NCBI GenBank assembly: GCA_963794325.1
Contig: CAWCDG010000004.1
Span: 832,001-896,000, forward strand
Direction of reading: 5' to 3'
DNA length: 64,000 nucleotides
DNA from: an uncultured delta proteobacterium
Lineage (GTDB): Bacteria > Desulfobacterota > Binatia > Binatales > Binataceae
Positions within the stretch are counted from its first letter, which is position 1. Each line of letters opens with the position of its first letter. Below the pieces are notes generated by a model. It ran no database searches. It was given only the letters and a program-made list of their open reading frames with translations, and was not told the DNA's origin. The translations under genes were made by a program, and so were the position numbers. Shown here in pieces: positions 9,924 to 19,202 of the stretch.

Positions 9924-11122
9924 TTGATTACTCCTTTCTGATTGTTGAGCAGCGAATCGACCGCGTCGCAGAAGCGCTGGCTATGAACCGGCCAGCTGAT
10001 GCCCTTGACCACTTTCGCGGCCGAGTTCGACAGGCTGTCGCGCAGACCGGGATCGAGATACAAGTCCTGGATCGCGCGAGCCAGTTGTCCCGCGTTGTTC
10101 GGAGAAAAATAACGGACCGATTGTGCATTGAAGTAGTGCTCGATGGTTCGTAAGCGAGCGCAAATCACCGGAAGTCCGAGCGCCGCATACTCCAGCAGCT
10201 TTACCGGCAGCATCAGATGCGTGGCGCTCGATTCATTGTGGGGAACCAGGCCCACGTTCGCCTCGCCGATTTTTGCCGCCAGCTCCTGGATCGGAACCGG
10301 ATTTTCGAAACTGATCGCGGACTCGATGCGGAGCTTTCTGCTGAGCGCCTTGAGCTCGTCGAGGTAATCGCCCGCACCGATTATCCTGAGCCGGATCAAA
10401 GGAAACCGATGATGCAGTAAGGCCAATGCCGCGAGCGCGGTATCCAGCCCCAGCCGCCTGGAAATCGTGCCGTGGCAGATGATTGAAAATGTTCCGACCC
10501 CCGGGTCGCTGCGCACTCGACGCGATTGGCAGTTGCTATCCGCGACCGGAAAGATGCGCGGGTCGGGCGAGTTGGCGATCACCACCAGCTTGCGTTGCGG
10601 CACGCCGGATTGATGCAGCCGCTCCGCGTGAAGGTCGTGCACGGCCAGCACTCGATCCGCCAGACGTGCGCTCAATCGCTCCTGGAGCATCAGCATTCGC
10701 GCGCCGAATCGTCCGTGACGCCCGCCGAACTTGTCGAGATACAACTCCGGCATCGTGTCGTGAACGTCGAGTACTAACTTCGATCCGAACAGCCGACAGG
10801 GTAATGCACTGAGTATTGCCAAATCCGGCATCGTGCATGCGATCACTACGTCGTACCGCTCTTTGAGACTCCGTCGAATAGCCAGTGCGGCGGCCTGGCT
10901 GAAGAAGTTGAGATAGCTGCGGAGATAGTCAATCCTGCTCGCGCCGCGATAGCGCGGGAGCTGCAGTCCGGTAACGCAAACTCCGCGAGTATCGGCAACC
11001 TCTCCGTCGGCGAGACAAATCGCGTCAACCTGGTCGCCGCGACTGGCCAAAGCTTCGGCCTGCCGCTTGACCCGTCCGTCGCGCGCATATGCGGTGTAAG
11101 CGATAATCAGTATTCGCGCCAT
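9902..11122 (-). CDS. Glycosyltransferase family 4
   Basis: DGRVKRQAEAL, LDVHD, PVKLLEYAALGLPVI GT-B signature. Confidence 0.9.
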   Translation of the reverse strand: MARILIIAYTAYARDGRVKRQAEALASRGDQVDAICLADGEVADTRGVCVTGLQLPRYRGASRIDYLRSYLNFFSQAAALAIRRSLKERYDVVIACTMPDLAILSALPCRLFGSKLVLDVHDTMPELYLDKFGGRHGRFGARMLMLQERLSARLADRVLAVHDLHAERLHQSGVPQRKLVVIANSPDPRIFPVADSNCQSRRVRSDPGVGTFSIICHGTISRRLGLDTALAALALLHHRFPLIRLRIIGAGDYLDELKALSRKLRIESAISFENPVPIQELAAKIGEANVGLVPHNESSATHLMLPVKLLEYAALGLPVICARLRTIEHYFNAQSVRYFSPNNAGQLARAIQDLYLDPGLRDSLSNSAAKVVKGISWPVHSQRFCDAVDSLLNNQKGVIKCATQIR

Positions 11123-11124
11123 TG

Positions 11125-12639
11125 TTACGCCGGTCCTTCGCTGGTATTGGCCAGCCGATCGCCGATGCTCACCGACCCGAGTGCGCCACCGAGCATTTCA
11201 CGAACTGTGCGAGCTTCGATCAGAAGAAACGCGACGCCAGGAAGCGCGATCATCAGTAAAAGTTCCGCTATGCCGCCCACGCCTAGGTTGGTCGCAAGTA
11301 CTCGTCCGGCCATGGTGGCCGCCGCGCAACCCACCGCGGTGGTGAACCCCGGAATCAAAACGCGCATTGCTTTCCCAAGGCCGACGTCCAGCATGCGACA
11401 TGCGACCAACTGCCCCATGACGCTGCATACGGCTTCGACCGTGGTTACGCCCGCGCAGACCCACAGCAGTCCGCTCGACGCCGTGACCATCACTGCGATC
11501 ACGATCAGCACCAGTCGGACTCCGTGCAGGTACATGTCGAAGACCGGGCGTGCCAGCGCGTAGTAAACCGCGCCCATTCCCGCGCGCAGACCGATTGTGA
11601 TGATGCCGATGCTCAGGATGCGCAAGGGAAGTGCGGCCGCGATCCACTGCGGTCCATAAATCTGCCGCAACAGCTCAGGCGCGGCGACTGCGATGCACGC
11701 CAGCGGCGGCACGATGAGCCGGCTCATATAACCAAGAAAACTCAAATAGGCACGGCGCAGTTGCTCGGGCTGATGCTGCATGCGGCAGAACGCCGGCACC
11801 GTGACGCGGCCGGCCACTTTGTAAAGCCGGTCGGGCACGAAACGCAGCAGATCCCACGCCATGCCGTAGAAGCCGAGCGCCGAGGTTCCGAGCATGCGTC
11901 CCACCAACAGGTAATCCGCATTGCACGAAATCGCGTGAAGGATTTGTCCGCCCATCGCGCCGCCGGCGAAGCTTCGCAGTTCGAGCAGCGCCTTGCGGCT
12001 CGGCCCGACCCGCGGGATATACGGCTCGGCGCACCACAACAGGAGCGCGTGGGCTGCCATTCGCGCCGACAGTCCGCCGACCAGGCTCATCCGCGGATGA
12101 CCCGTCACCAGCAACGCGATCGCGACGCCGAGAAAAGCCAACTCCCCGGCCACTTCAGCCAGCGCGAGGGTGCGGTATTGCAATCTGCGCGTGAGCCGCG
12201 CGATTGGCACCGAGACCGATCCCTCGAGCAGGATCGGGATGCATAGCAAGCGCAACGCGTTGGGAATCGTGGGCATCGCCATCGCTTCCGCGATCAGCGG
12301 CGCGAGAAGATAGAGCGCGCCGCAGGTCAGGATCGAGACCGAGATCGTCGCCCACCACGCCGAGCTTTCATGCGCGCTGGTCAACTCGGGGCGCTGCACG
12401 AGAGTATCGGGCGCCGCCAGATCGTTGACCATCATTATGATTGCGCTGAACGTGATCAGCACTCTGAACAATCCGAAATCCGACGGCATCAGCTCGCGCG
12501 CGAGCACCACCAGTCCGCCGATGCGCACGACCTGGAGCGCGACCTCACCGATCACATTGTCGCGAACACCGCGCGCGAACGCGGGAGTATGCCACCCCTC
12601 GACATTAGCGACGGCGCTGATATCGCCCAGGGCTGGCAT
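11125..12639 (-). CDS. wzx: Wzx polysaccharide flippase
   Basis: LARELMPSDFGL, NADYLLVGRMLGTSALGFY; start reassigned to the ATG overlapping the upstream TGA. Confidence 0.85.
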   Translation of the reverse strand: MPALGDISAVANVEGWHTPAFARGVRDNVIGEVALQVVRIGGLVVLARELMPSDFGLFRVLITFSAIIMMVNDLAAPDTLVQRPELTSAHESSAWWATISVSILTCGALYLLAPLIAEAMAMPTIPNALRLLCIPILLEGSVSVPIARLTRRLQYRTLALAEVAGELAFLGVAIALLVTGHPRMSLVGGLSARMAAHALLLWCAEPYIPRVGPSRKALLELRSFAGGAMGGQILHAISCNADYLLVGRMLGTSALGFYGMAWDLLRFVPDRLYKVAGRVTVPAFCRMQHQPEQLRRAYLSFLGYMSRLIVPPLACIAVAAPELLRQIYGPQWIAAALPLRILSIGIITIGLRAGMGAVYYALARPVFDMYLHGVRLVLIVIAVMVTASSGLLWVCAGVTTVEAVCSVMGQLVACRMLDVGLGKAMRVLIPGFTTAVGCAAATMAGRVLATNLGVGGIAELLLMIALPGVAFLLIEARTVREMLGGALGSVSIGDRLANTSEGPA

Positions 12640-14063
12640 CACATTCCGCTCCCTTGCAGCATCGCCGGCAGCGTCCGCAGCAGGATTCCCATGTCGCCCA
12701 CCAGCGACCAGTCTTCGATGTATTCGATATCGAGCTGCACCATTTCCTCGAACGACAACCGATTGCGCCCGCTCACTTGCCACAGCCCGGTAATTCCCGG
12801 CGGCGCGTCGAGCCGATGCCGGTGCCATTCCTCGTACAACTCCAGTTCGTACGGCATCGCGGGTCGCGGTCCGATCAGGCTCATGTTTCCGTAAAGAACG
12901 TTGAGCAACTGCGGCAGCTCGTCGATGCTGAATCGGCGGAGCCAGTGGCCAATCCGCGTAACCCGCGCGTCGCTTCCAAGTTTGTAAACTTCGGCGCCGT
13001 TGGCTTCGGAACGTTCGGCCGGATCGCGCTGAATCCATCCTTTGACGTACTCGCGATGAATCGCGTCCGAACACTCAGTGCGCATCGTCCGGAATTTCAG
13101 CAGCTCGAATGGCTTGCCATGGATTCCTACTCGCGTCTGGCGAAACAGTAGCGGGCCTTTGTCGAACAAGCGGATCACGATGGCGGCGAGTAACAAAAGC
13201 GGCGACACCGCAACGATCATCAGCGTCGCGACCACGATATCGAAGCCGCGCTTCACCATGCAGTTGAGCCCTTCGATGTTCGACCCCGGCGGCCCGATGA
13301 GCGGAATCGCACCGACCATCTCGACCGTGAGCGCCATCGACTGCGCCACTCGCGGCATCACGCGCCAGCGAACTCGATGTTGCTCACAAAGCTTGATGAT
13401 GCGTTCGACCTGCTCGTGATCGCGTTCCGGAAGCACAATCATTGCCTCAAGGTTGCAGTGCGCGGCTGACAGGCTCGCGATGCTATCGAGGCCTCCGATT
13501 ACCCGCGTCGAATTTCCGTTCGTGCCGTTGGACGCGGGCAAGCTCGGGCTTTCATCGACAAATCCAAGAAATTCGTATTGTGTGAGCTCTGCGCTGATTC
13601 GATCGCGCAGATAAACGCCAAACGTGTTGGCGCCCACTATCACCAGCGGCACCGCGAACTGCGGCCGCGAGTAAAAGAACTTCATGCTCCGGCGCACCAA
13701 CATTCGCGCGGTTATGACCAAGCCAATCGTCAACGCCAGCCCGGCAGCCACCGCAAACCGCGACGGCGCGATATGAAGAAAAAAGCTGACCGACACCATC
13801 GTCAGCCATGCGGCGCAACTGGCTTTGACGATCGACCTGACTTCATGACGGCTGTTGCGGTAGAGTCCCACGGCGCGCGCGATCAGAATCCACACCGCCA
13901 CCAGCATCACCATGCCCGCAAGCGCTTCGCCCCAACTGCCGGGCCGAAGCGGATACAGGTCGCGGGTTCTGATGACCTGCGACATCGCGACCGCGCCGAC
14001 GACTGCTATCGCGTCGGTCGCCGCCAGTAGCGCCTTCTGGCGCTGTAGTTCCCCGCCTAACAC
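12639..14063 (-). CDS. Priming polyprenyl-phosphate glycosylphosphotransferase (WcaJ/WbaP-like)
   Basis: KRGFDI, FRQTRVG, KFRTM, IDELPQLLNV.GNMSLIGPRP, PGITGLWQVSGR. Confidence 0.95.
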   Translation of the reverse strand: MLGGELQRQKALLAATDAIAVVGAVAMSQVIRTRDLYPLRPGSWGEALAGMVMLVAVWILIARAVGLYRNSRHEVRSIVKASCAAWLTMVSVSFFLHIAPSRFAVAAGLALTIGLVITARMLVRRSMKFFYSRPQFAVPLVIVGANTFGVYLRDRISAELTQYEFLGFVDESPSLPASNGTNGNSTRVIGGLDSIASLSAAHCNLEAMIVLPERDHEQVERIIKLCEQHRVRWRVMPRVAQSMALTVEMVGAIPLIGPPGSNIEGLNCMVKRGFDIVVATLMIVAVSPLLLLAAIVIRLFDKGPLLFRQTRVGIHGKPFELLKFRTMRTECSDAIHREYVKGWIQRDPAERSEANGAEVYKLGSDARVTRIGHWLRRFSIDELPQLLNVLYGNMSLIGPRPAMPYELELYEEWHRHRLDAPPGITGLWQVSGRNRLSFEEMVQLDIEYIEDWSLVGDMGILLRTLPAMLQGSGM

Positions 14064-14067
14064 AACA

Positions 14068-15207
14068 TCACCCAGTAGCCAGCGCGTGCTTTACGACCTG
14101 GCTCACCGTGACGGCCTCGCGCTCGGTGAGGAACGGATGCATCGGCAATGAGAGCACGCTGTCAGCCATCGCCTCTGCGTGCGGAAAATTTCCGTGAGAG
14201 TATCCGAGACCGCGGCAAGCCGGCTGCAGATGAAGCGGAACCGGGTAATGGATCCCGCATTCGATCTGTTCGCGCAGCAGGGCTGTCCTGATTGCGTCGC
14301 GGCGATCGCTGCGGATGACGAACAGGTGGTAGCACGACTCGCTTCCCTCGGGCTGAGAGAGCAGGGTCAACCCGTCATGAGGCAAAGTTTCACGATAAAT
14401 AGCGGCGAGCTGACGACGCCGCGAGTTCCATTCCTCGAGGCGCTCGAGCTTGGGCCGCAACACTGCCGCCTGAAGAGTGTCGAGCCGGGCGTTGTATCCG
14501 TATGCGCTGTGCGCGTAATGCGACAGCCGGCCGTGATCGCGCAGCGTGCGTATCTGCGCGGCCAGCTCGTCGTCATTCGTCGCGACCGCGCCGCCTTCAC
14601 CCCATGCGCCGAGGTTCTTGCCGGGATAAAAACTGAAACATCCCGCCGCTCCAATCGTGCCGGCGAAAATCGATTGCCCCTGGTAGTTGATCCGGGCGCC
14701 GTGAGCCTGGCACGCATCCTCGACGATCTTCAGGTCGCACGCCTGAGCGAGATCGCGCAATTCGATCATGGCGGCCGGCAATCCGTAGAGATGCACCGGA
14801 AGTATCGCGCGCGGACCGTTGGGCGAGGTGAAGCGCGCTCGCTCCAGGTAGCGCGCAATCTCCGGGACGCTCAGGTTGCCGGTGTTCGGATCGATATCGA
14901 CGAATGCGGGGCGCGCCCCGGTCTGCACGATCGCCTCGGCCGTCGCGATAAACGTCATCGGCGTCGTAATAACTTCGTCGCCCGGTCCGATTCCGATCGC
15001 GAGCAGCGCCAGCCTGAGCGCGTCGGTCCCGCTCGACACGCTGACGACGTGGCGCGCGCCGAGGAAATTTGCGAATTCACTTTCGAACGCGGCAACCTGC
15101 GGGCCACCGACGTAGGAAGTCTTTTCGTGGATTTCCTCGAAACCGCGCTCGACCTGCGGCATGATTTCGCGGTTCTGCGCCGCGAGGTCTAAAAATTTAA
15201 TTGTCAT
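14068..15207 (-). CDS. DegT/DnrJ/EryC1/StrS PLP aminotransferase (WbpE-like)
   Basis: SSGTDAL, EDACQAHGA, FSFYPGKNLGAWGEGG; ATG overlaps the upstream TAA. Confidence 0.95.
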   Translation of the reverse strand: MTIKFLDLAAQNREIMPQVERGFEEIHEKTSYVGGPQVAAFESEFANFLGARHVVSVSSGTDALRLALLAIGIGPGDEVITTPMTFIATAEAIVQTGARPAFVDIDPNTGNLSVPEIARYLERARFTSPNGPRAILPVHLYGLPAAMIELRDLAQACDLKIVEDACQAHGARINYQGQSIFAGTIGAAGCFSFYPGKNLGAWGEGGAVATNDDELAAQIRTLRDHGRLSHYAHSAYGYNARLDTLQAAVLRPKLERLEEWNSRRRQLAAIYRETLPHDGLTLLSQPEGSESCYHLFVIRSDRRDAIRTALLREQIECGIHYPVPLHLQPACRGLGYSHGNFPHAEAMADSVLSLPMHPFLTEREAVTVSQVVKHALATG

Positions 15208-15725
15208 TATCGTCCAACTCCCTGTAGTTGCGCGGAGCGGCGGCTGGAATACAGACGCGCCGGTATGCCCATAACTGTCGCTCGCGCCGGAACATCGCTG
15301 GTAACGAGCGCTCCGGCCGCGACCATCGCGCCTGCACCAATCTCGACTCCGCACATGATGATCGCGCCGCTTCCAATCGTTGCGCCGTGCCGCACGTAGG
15401 TGCGCTCGAGTACCCAATCGTCCGGCCGCTTCGGTGAACCATCGGCGTTGGTCGCGCGCGGATGCCGATCGTTGATGAACATCACGCCATGCCCGATGAA
15501 AACTTCGTCTTCGATCGTAACGCCGGAACAAATGAACGAGTGACTCGAAATCTTGCAGCGCTTGCCGATGTACGCCTCGCGCTGGACCTCGACGAACGCG
15601 CCCAGCTGCGATCCGTCTCCGACGCTGCATCCGTAAAGATTTACAAACGGTCCGAACTTTACCCCGTCGCCCAAAATTACGTCGGGCGACGCGCATACAT
15701 TCGATGGTAGTTCGTGAAGTGACAT
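15207..15725 (-). CDS. Hexapeptide-repeat N-acetyltransferase (WbpD-like)
   Basis: IGKRCKISSHSFICSGVTIEDEVFIGHGVMFIND, GALVTSDVP..GIPAR. Confidence 0.9.
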   Translation of the reverse strand: MSLHELPSNVCASPDVILGDGVKFGPFVNLYGCSVGDGSQLGAFVEVQREAYIGKRCKISSHSFICSGVTIEDEVFIGHGVMFINDRHPRATNADGSPKRPDDWVLERTYVRHGATIGSGAIIMCGVEIGAGAMVAAGALVTSDVPARATVMGIPARLYSSRRSAQLQGVGR

Positions 15726-15744
15726 TTCGATCCTCGTGGTGTGC

Positions 15745-16866
15745 TCAGATCCTCAAGCTTGGCGTGATCGGCATCGGCTGCCCGTGATTTTTGAGCGAGC
15801 GATCGGCCGCTTCCAGAACTTTCACGACTCGCAGACCGCTGTTACCGTCGCTGTTCGGAGAGATGCCGCGCTTGACGCAATCGACGAAGTGATCGCATTC
15901 CACCTTGAGCGGTTCGGATTCGTCGATCCGCGGGATATTCACATCGCCGTAGCGGTACGAAAGCTTAAAATCGCCGAACGTGTCGTAGTACGGATGCTTG
16001 GTCACGCCCTTGTCGTAGACCCGAATTTTTTCCTGCGGCGCCGTGTCGTCGTACACCAGCATCTTGCGCGATCCGACAATCGTCGTCCGCCGGATTTTGT
16101 TCGGGTCGAGCCAGCTCACGTGGACGAAGGCGATCACGTTGTTGTCAAAGCGCATCGTGATCAGCGCGACGTCTTCGACGTGATCGTGATAATGGCTCTC
16201 GCCCTGGCAGGTCACCTCGATCGGCATCTGGCCAAGCAACATCAGGATGATCGAGATGTCGTGAGTCGCCAGGTCCCAGGCCACGTTGACGTCGCGGCGA
16301 AACAGTCCCAGATTCGCGCGCACCGAGCTGATGTAGAAAATGTCGCCCAGCTCTCCGCTGTCGATGAGCTCGCGGATCTTTATCACCGGTGCGCTGTACT
16401 CGAAGGTGTGCCCCGCCATCAGCGTGACATCGCGCTCGCGCGCCATCCGGATCAGCACCTCGGCCTGCTCGCATGAGGTGGCGAGCGGCTTCTCGACCAG
16501 CGTCGATTTGCCCGCTTTCAGGCATCGGCTTGCGATTTCGAAGTGAGTGTTTACCGGCGTCGCTACCACCACCGCGTCCACCCGCGGATCGTTCAACACC
16601 TGGTTAAGGTCTTCAGTTACCAGGACCGACGGGTACATGCTTTTGATGTGATCGAGGCGTTCGCGGCTGAAGTCGCAGCAGACGACCCGCTCGACTCCCT
16701 GTGCCTGGGAAAAATTTCGCACCCAGTTCGGTCCCCAATAGCCGAGCCCAACAATCGCGATACCGCGCATCTGGCGCTGAGTTGAATAGCTGGGAACAAT
16801 CGACGGCAGGTGAAACCCGTTGCTTGAACCGGCCAGGTTGCCATTGACTGAAATCACGTCTTCCAT
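15745..16866 (-). CDS. Gfo/Idh/MocA oxidoreductase (WbpB-like)
   Basis: GLGYWG, VEKPLA, WDLATHD; start reassigned to MEDVIS downstream of GGAGG. Confidence 0.9.
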   Translation of the reverse strand: MEDVISVNGNLAGSSNGFHLPSIVPSYSTQRQMRGIAIVGLGYWGPNWVRNFSQAQGVERVVCCDFSRERLDHIKSMYPSVLVTEDLNQVLNDPRVDAVVVATPVNTHFEIASRCLKAGKSTLVEKPLATSCEQAEVLIRMARERDVTLMAGHTFEYSAPVIKIRELIDSGELGDIFYISSVRANLGLFRRDVNVAWDLATHDISIILMLLGQMPIEVTCQGESHYHDHVEDVALITMRFDNNVIAFVHVSWLDPNKIRRTTIVGSRKMLVYDDTAPQEKIRVYDKGVTKHPYYDTFGDFKLSYRYGDVNIPRIDESEPLKVECDHFVDCVKRGISPNSDGNSGLRVVKVLEAADRSLKNHGQPMPITPSLRI

Positions 16867-16868
16867 CA

Positions 16869-17633
16869 CTAAGCCTCCATTCCGAACAATCGCCGAACCA
16901 GCGTCGGCAGCGGCGATTTGTATCCATTCAAAATCACCCCGGCGACGGGATGACCTGTGTTGCGTAGCAAATTTACTGTGGCGATCATTTCCGCCCGATC
17001 CGTCCGCAGATGTCGCGCGACGACCAGGATCGGATCGTTCGGCCGAGCCAGCGCCAGCATTCGCGGATCCAGGCGCACCACGCCGAGGTCGATAACCGCC
17101 AGCCGGTAGCGCGCCAGCAATTCGTCCATGTCCTCGATCATTCGAGCCGGATGATCCCCCAGTTCCATCTGCTCGGGCCGCGCCGTCTCGAGCCGCGGCC
17201 ATCCGGTAGCTTGCACGGCAATCGAAGTACCGGCGGACGTAGTCAGCGCCGGGACGCCGGCGCGTCCGAACAAAGGATGCATCGGCGTTACCCGCGACTG
17301 ACCTTCAACCAGTACCGTTCGGGCCGCCAATCGCTGACTCAGGTCCAGCGCCATCGCGGCAGCCACCGTGGACACGCCGTCACCCGGTCTGCAGCCGGTC
17401 ATCAATATGCGGGCCGGACCGTTGTATGCGCTCGCGGCTCCCAACTGCTCGCTCAAGTTGCGGATAGCGCCGCTCGAGGCAATCGAATCGAGCAACCCTT
17501 GCGCCTCCAGGATCGGAACCAGCGCCATCGGTTGAGTGCGCGCGGCAACCTCGGAAGGTGGCCTGGTTCTGGGATCGGAATAGGGAACCAATCCTGTTTT
17601 GCGGCGCTCCATTGCCTGGAAATATCTGCTCAT
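16869..17633 (-). CDS. CpsD/CapB-like BY-kinase homolog, degenerate
   Basis: ILMTGCRPGDGVST at the P-loop position, VIDLG at Walker B, VAGVILN end; context next to Wzz and Wza. Confidence 0.7.
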   Translation of the reverse strand: MSRYFQAMERRKTGLVPYSDPRTRPPSEVAARTQPMALVPILEAQGLLDSIASSGAIRNLSEQLGAASAYNGPARILMTGCRPGDGVSTVAAAMALDLSQRLAARTVLVEGQSRVTPMHPLFGRAGVPALTTSAGTSIAVQATGWPRLETARPEQMELGDHPARMIEDMDELLARYRLAVIDLGVVRLDPRMLALARPNDPILVVARHLRTDRAEMIATVNLLRNTGHPVAGVILNGYKSPLPTLVRRLFGMEA

Positions 17634-17652
17634 TGCTATTGCCTCTTGGTGA

Positions 17653-19197
17653 TCATTTGCGGATTTGGCTCACACGGATGGACTGACCGGGAAAGATGAG
17701 ATTCATGTTCTTGATTTCGGGATTCGCCGCGGTCAATCGGCCAAGTTCATCGGTTCCGAACGAACCATAAATTCTTTTCGCTATTTTGCTGATCGTGTCG
17801 CCGGTGCTGACGACTACGGTGTCGCCCTGACTGCGACCGTTGTCGCCTTCTTCCCCCGAAGCTTTTGCCGGCGCCGAAATATTTTCAGCCGGTGACAGCT
17901 TCACCGGAATTATATTGGCGGCCGGGTTCGTTTCAGGTTTCGATTTTTCCGGAAGCGGGAGATCAGTCGTCGAAGGCCCTTCGATAGGCCCGCGCATGAT
18001 CAATTCGTTCGCGCTGCCCGCGGAGCCGTCATGAACGTTGAGCGGGGCTAGCGTGATCGGCTTCGGCGCCGGCTTCGCGATCTGATCAGGTCGGGTTTTG
18101 AATTGCGCCGGAGACCATTGCGCAAGCATTTGCGCTTGCGGCCGCTGGTCTTGCGATGCGTATCGCGCGGTCAGCGCCGTGAGCGTCTCGCGCAAGGGCC
18201 GCACCTCGGAAATTCCCGCTCCTACGATCGCCAGCAGGCAGATTGCCGTGAGCGCTCCTGCCGCCGCCGCGCGAATCACCGGCCTGCGCGGGGCCGCCGG
18301 CCGCGATGTCCGCCCGAGCCTCGCCGACGCAGATCTGATTGCCTCGCTAACCGACGCCGCCATCTGCACCGGCACCGACTCTCTGCTCGCGAGCAGGCGG
18401 TCGTAGTCGTGCGCGGCGTCTCGCACGTGTTCAACCGAAGCGGACTCTTCACCCTCCGAGTAAGCGAGCATCAATGCGTTGTGGCAGAGCACGTTGATTC
18501 GCCGCGGAATCCCGCCGCTCGCGCGCATCAGTTCCCGGATAGCGCCGCGCGTGAAGAGCCGCTCGATATCACCGCCGCGCGATCGCAGCCGATACTCGAC
18601 GTAGTCGTAGATCTCTTTGCCCTGCAAAACTGGCAGCAATGCGCGCGCGCCGATCCGCTGATTCAGTTGGCGTAGTCGTGGTGCCGACAGCCTTCTGGCG
18701 AGCTCGATTTGCCCCACCAGCACGATCTGCAGCCGCCTGCGCTCGAGTGATTGAAAGTTGGACAACAGCCGCAGGTCCTCGAGCGAGTCGTCGCTCAGGT
18801 CCTGCGCTTCGTCGATGATAAGCGCGACGCACTCATCCGGCCCGAGGCTGGCGAGCTGCGCATCGAACGCCTCCAGCAAAGCCAATTTGTCCGAGGTCTG
18901 GGGTTTGATGTCGCCGAGCTGGCCGAGAATCTGGCGCAGCATCTCGACGAAGCTAAGCCGTGGATTCGCCACCCACGCGCTGCGAACTCCCTGATGGCTG
19001 CTCGCGAGGAGCGAGTAGATGAGCGTAGTCTTGCCGGCTCCGATTTCGCCGACCAGCATCGTGAATCCACTCGGCTCGCGCAGGCCCCATTCGAGCGCCG
19101 CCAGTCCTTCGCGATGCCCCGCGCTCATGAAGAGCACCGACGCCGACGGATTGAACTCGAAGGGCGCGCCGCTTAGTCCGAAGTGTTCGTAATACAT
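17653..19197 (-). CDS. ExeA/GspA-type AAA ATPase with TM helix and C-terminal LysM domain
   Basis: MYYEHFGL..PF, GEIGAGKTT, IIDEAQ, LVGQ.EL, LNQRI, GIPRRIN; C-terminal TGDTISKIA...ANPEIKNMNLIFPGQSI. Confidence 0.9.
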   Translation of the reverse strand: MYYEHFGLSGAPFEFNPSASVLFMSAGHREGLAALEWGLREPSGFTMLVGEIGAGKTTLIYSLLASSHQGVRSAWVANPRLSFVEMLRQILGQLGDIKPQTSDKLALLEAFDAQLASLGPDECVALIIDEAQDLSDDSLEDLRLLSNFQSLERRRLQIVLVGQIELARRLSAPRLRQLNQRIGARALLPVLQGKEIYDYVEYRLRSRGGDIERLFTRGAIRELMRASGGIPRRINVLCHNALMLAYSEGEESASVEHVRDAAHDYDRLLASRESVPVQMAASVSEAIRSASARLGRTSRPAAPRRPVIRAAAAGALTAICLLAIVGAGISEVRPLRETLTALTARYASQDQRPQAQMLAQWSPAQFKTRPDQIAKPAPKPITLAPLNVHDGSAGSANELIMRGPIEGPSTTDLPLPEKSKPETNPAANIIPVKLSPAENISAPAKASGEEGDNGRSQGDTVVVSTGDTISKIAKRIYGSFGTDELGRLTAANPEIKNMNLIFPGQSIRVSQIRK

Positions 19198-19202
19198 ATC
19201 GG

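Noticed and set aside
12640-13074. Long N-terminal extension of wzx (similar extensions on DegT, Gfo/Idh/MocA, MFP, aguA, beta subunit)
   Set aside because: They overlap upstream genes; stop/start overlaps or RBS positions give shorter true starts.
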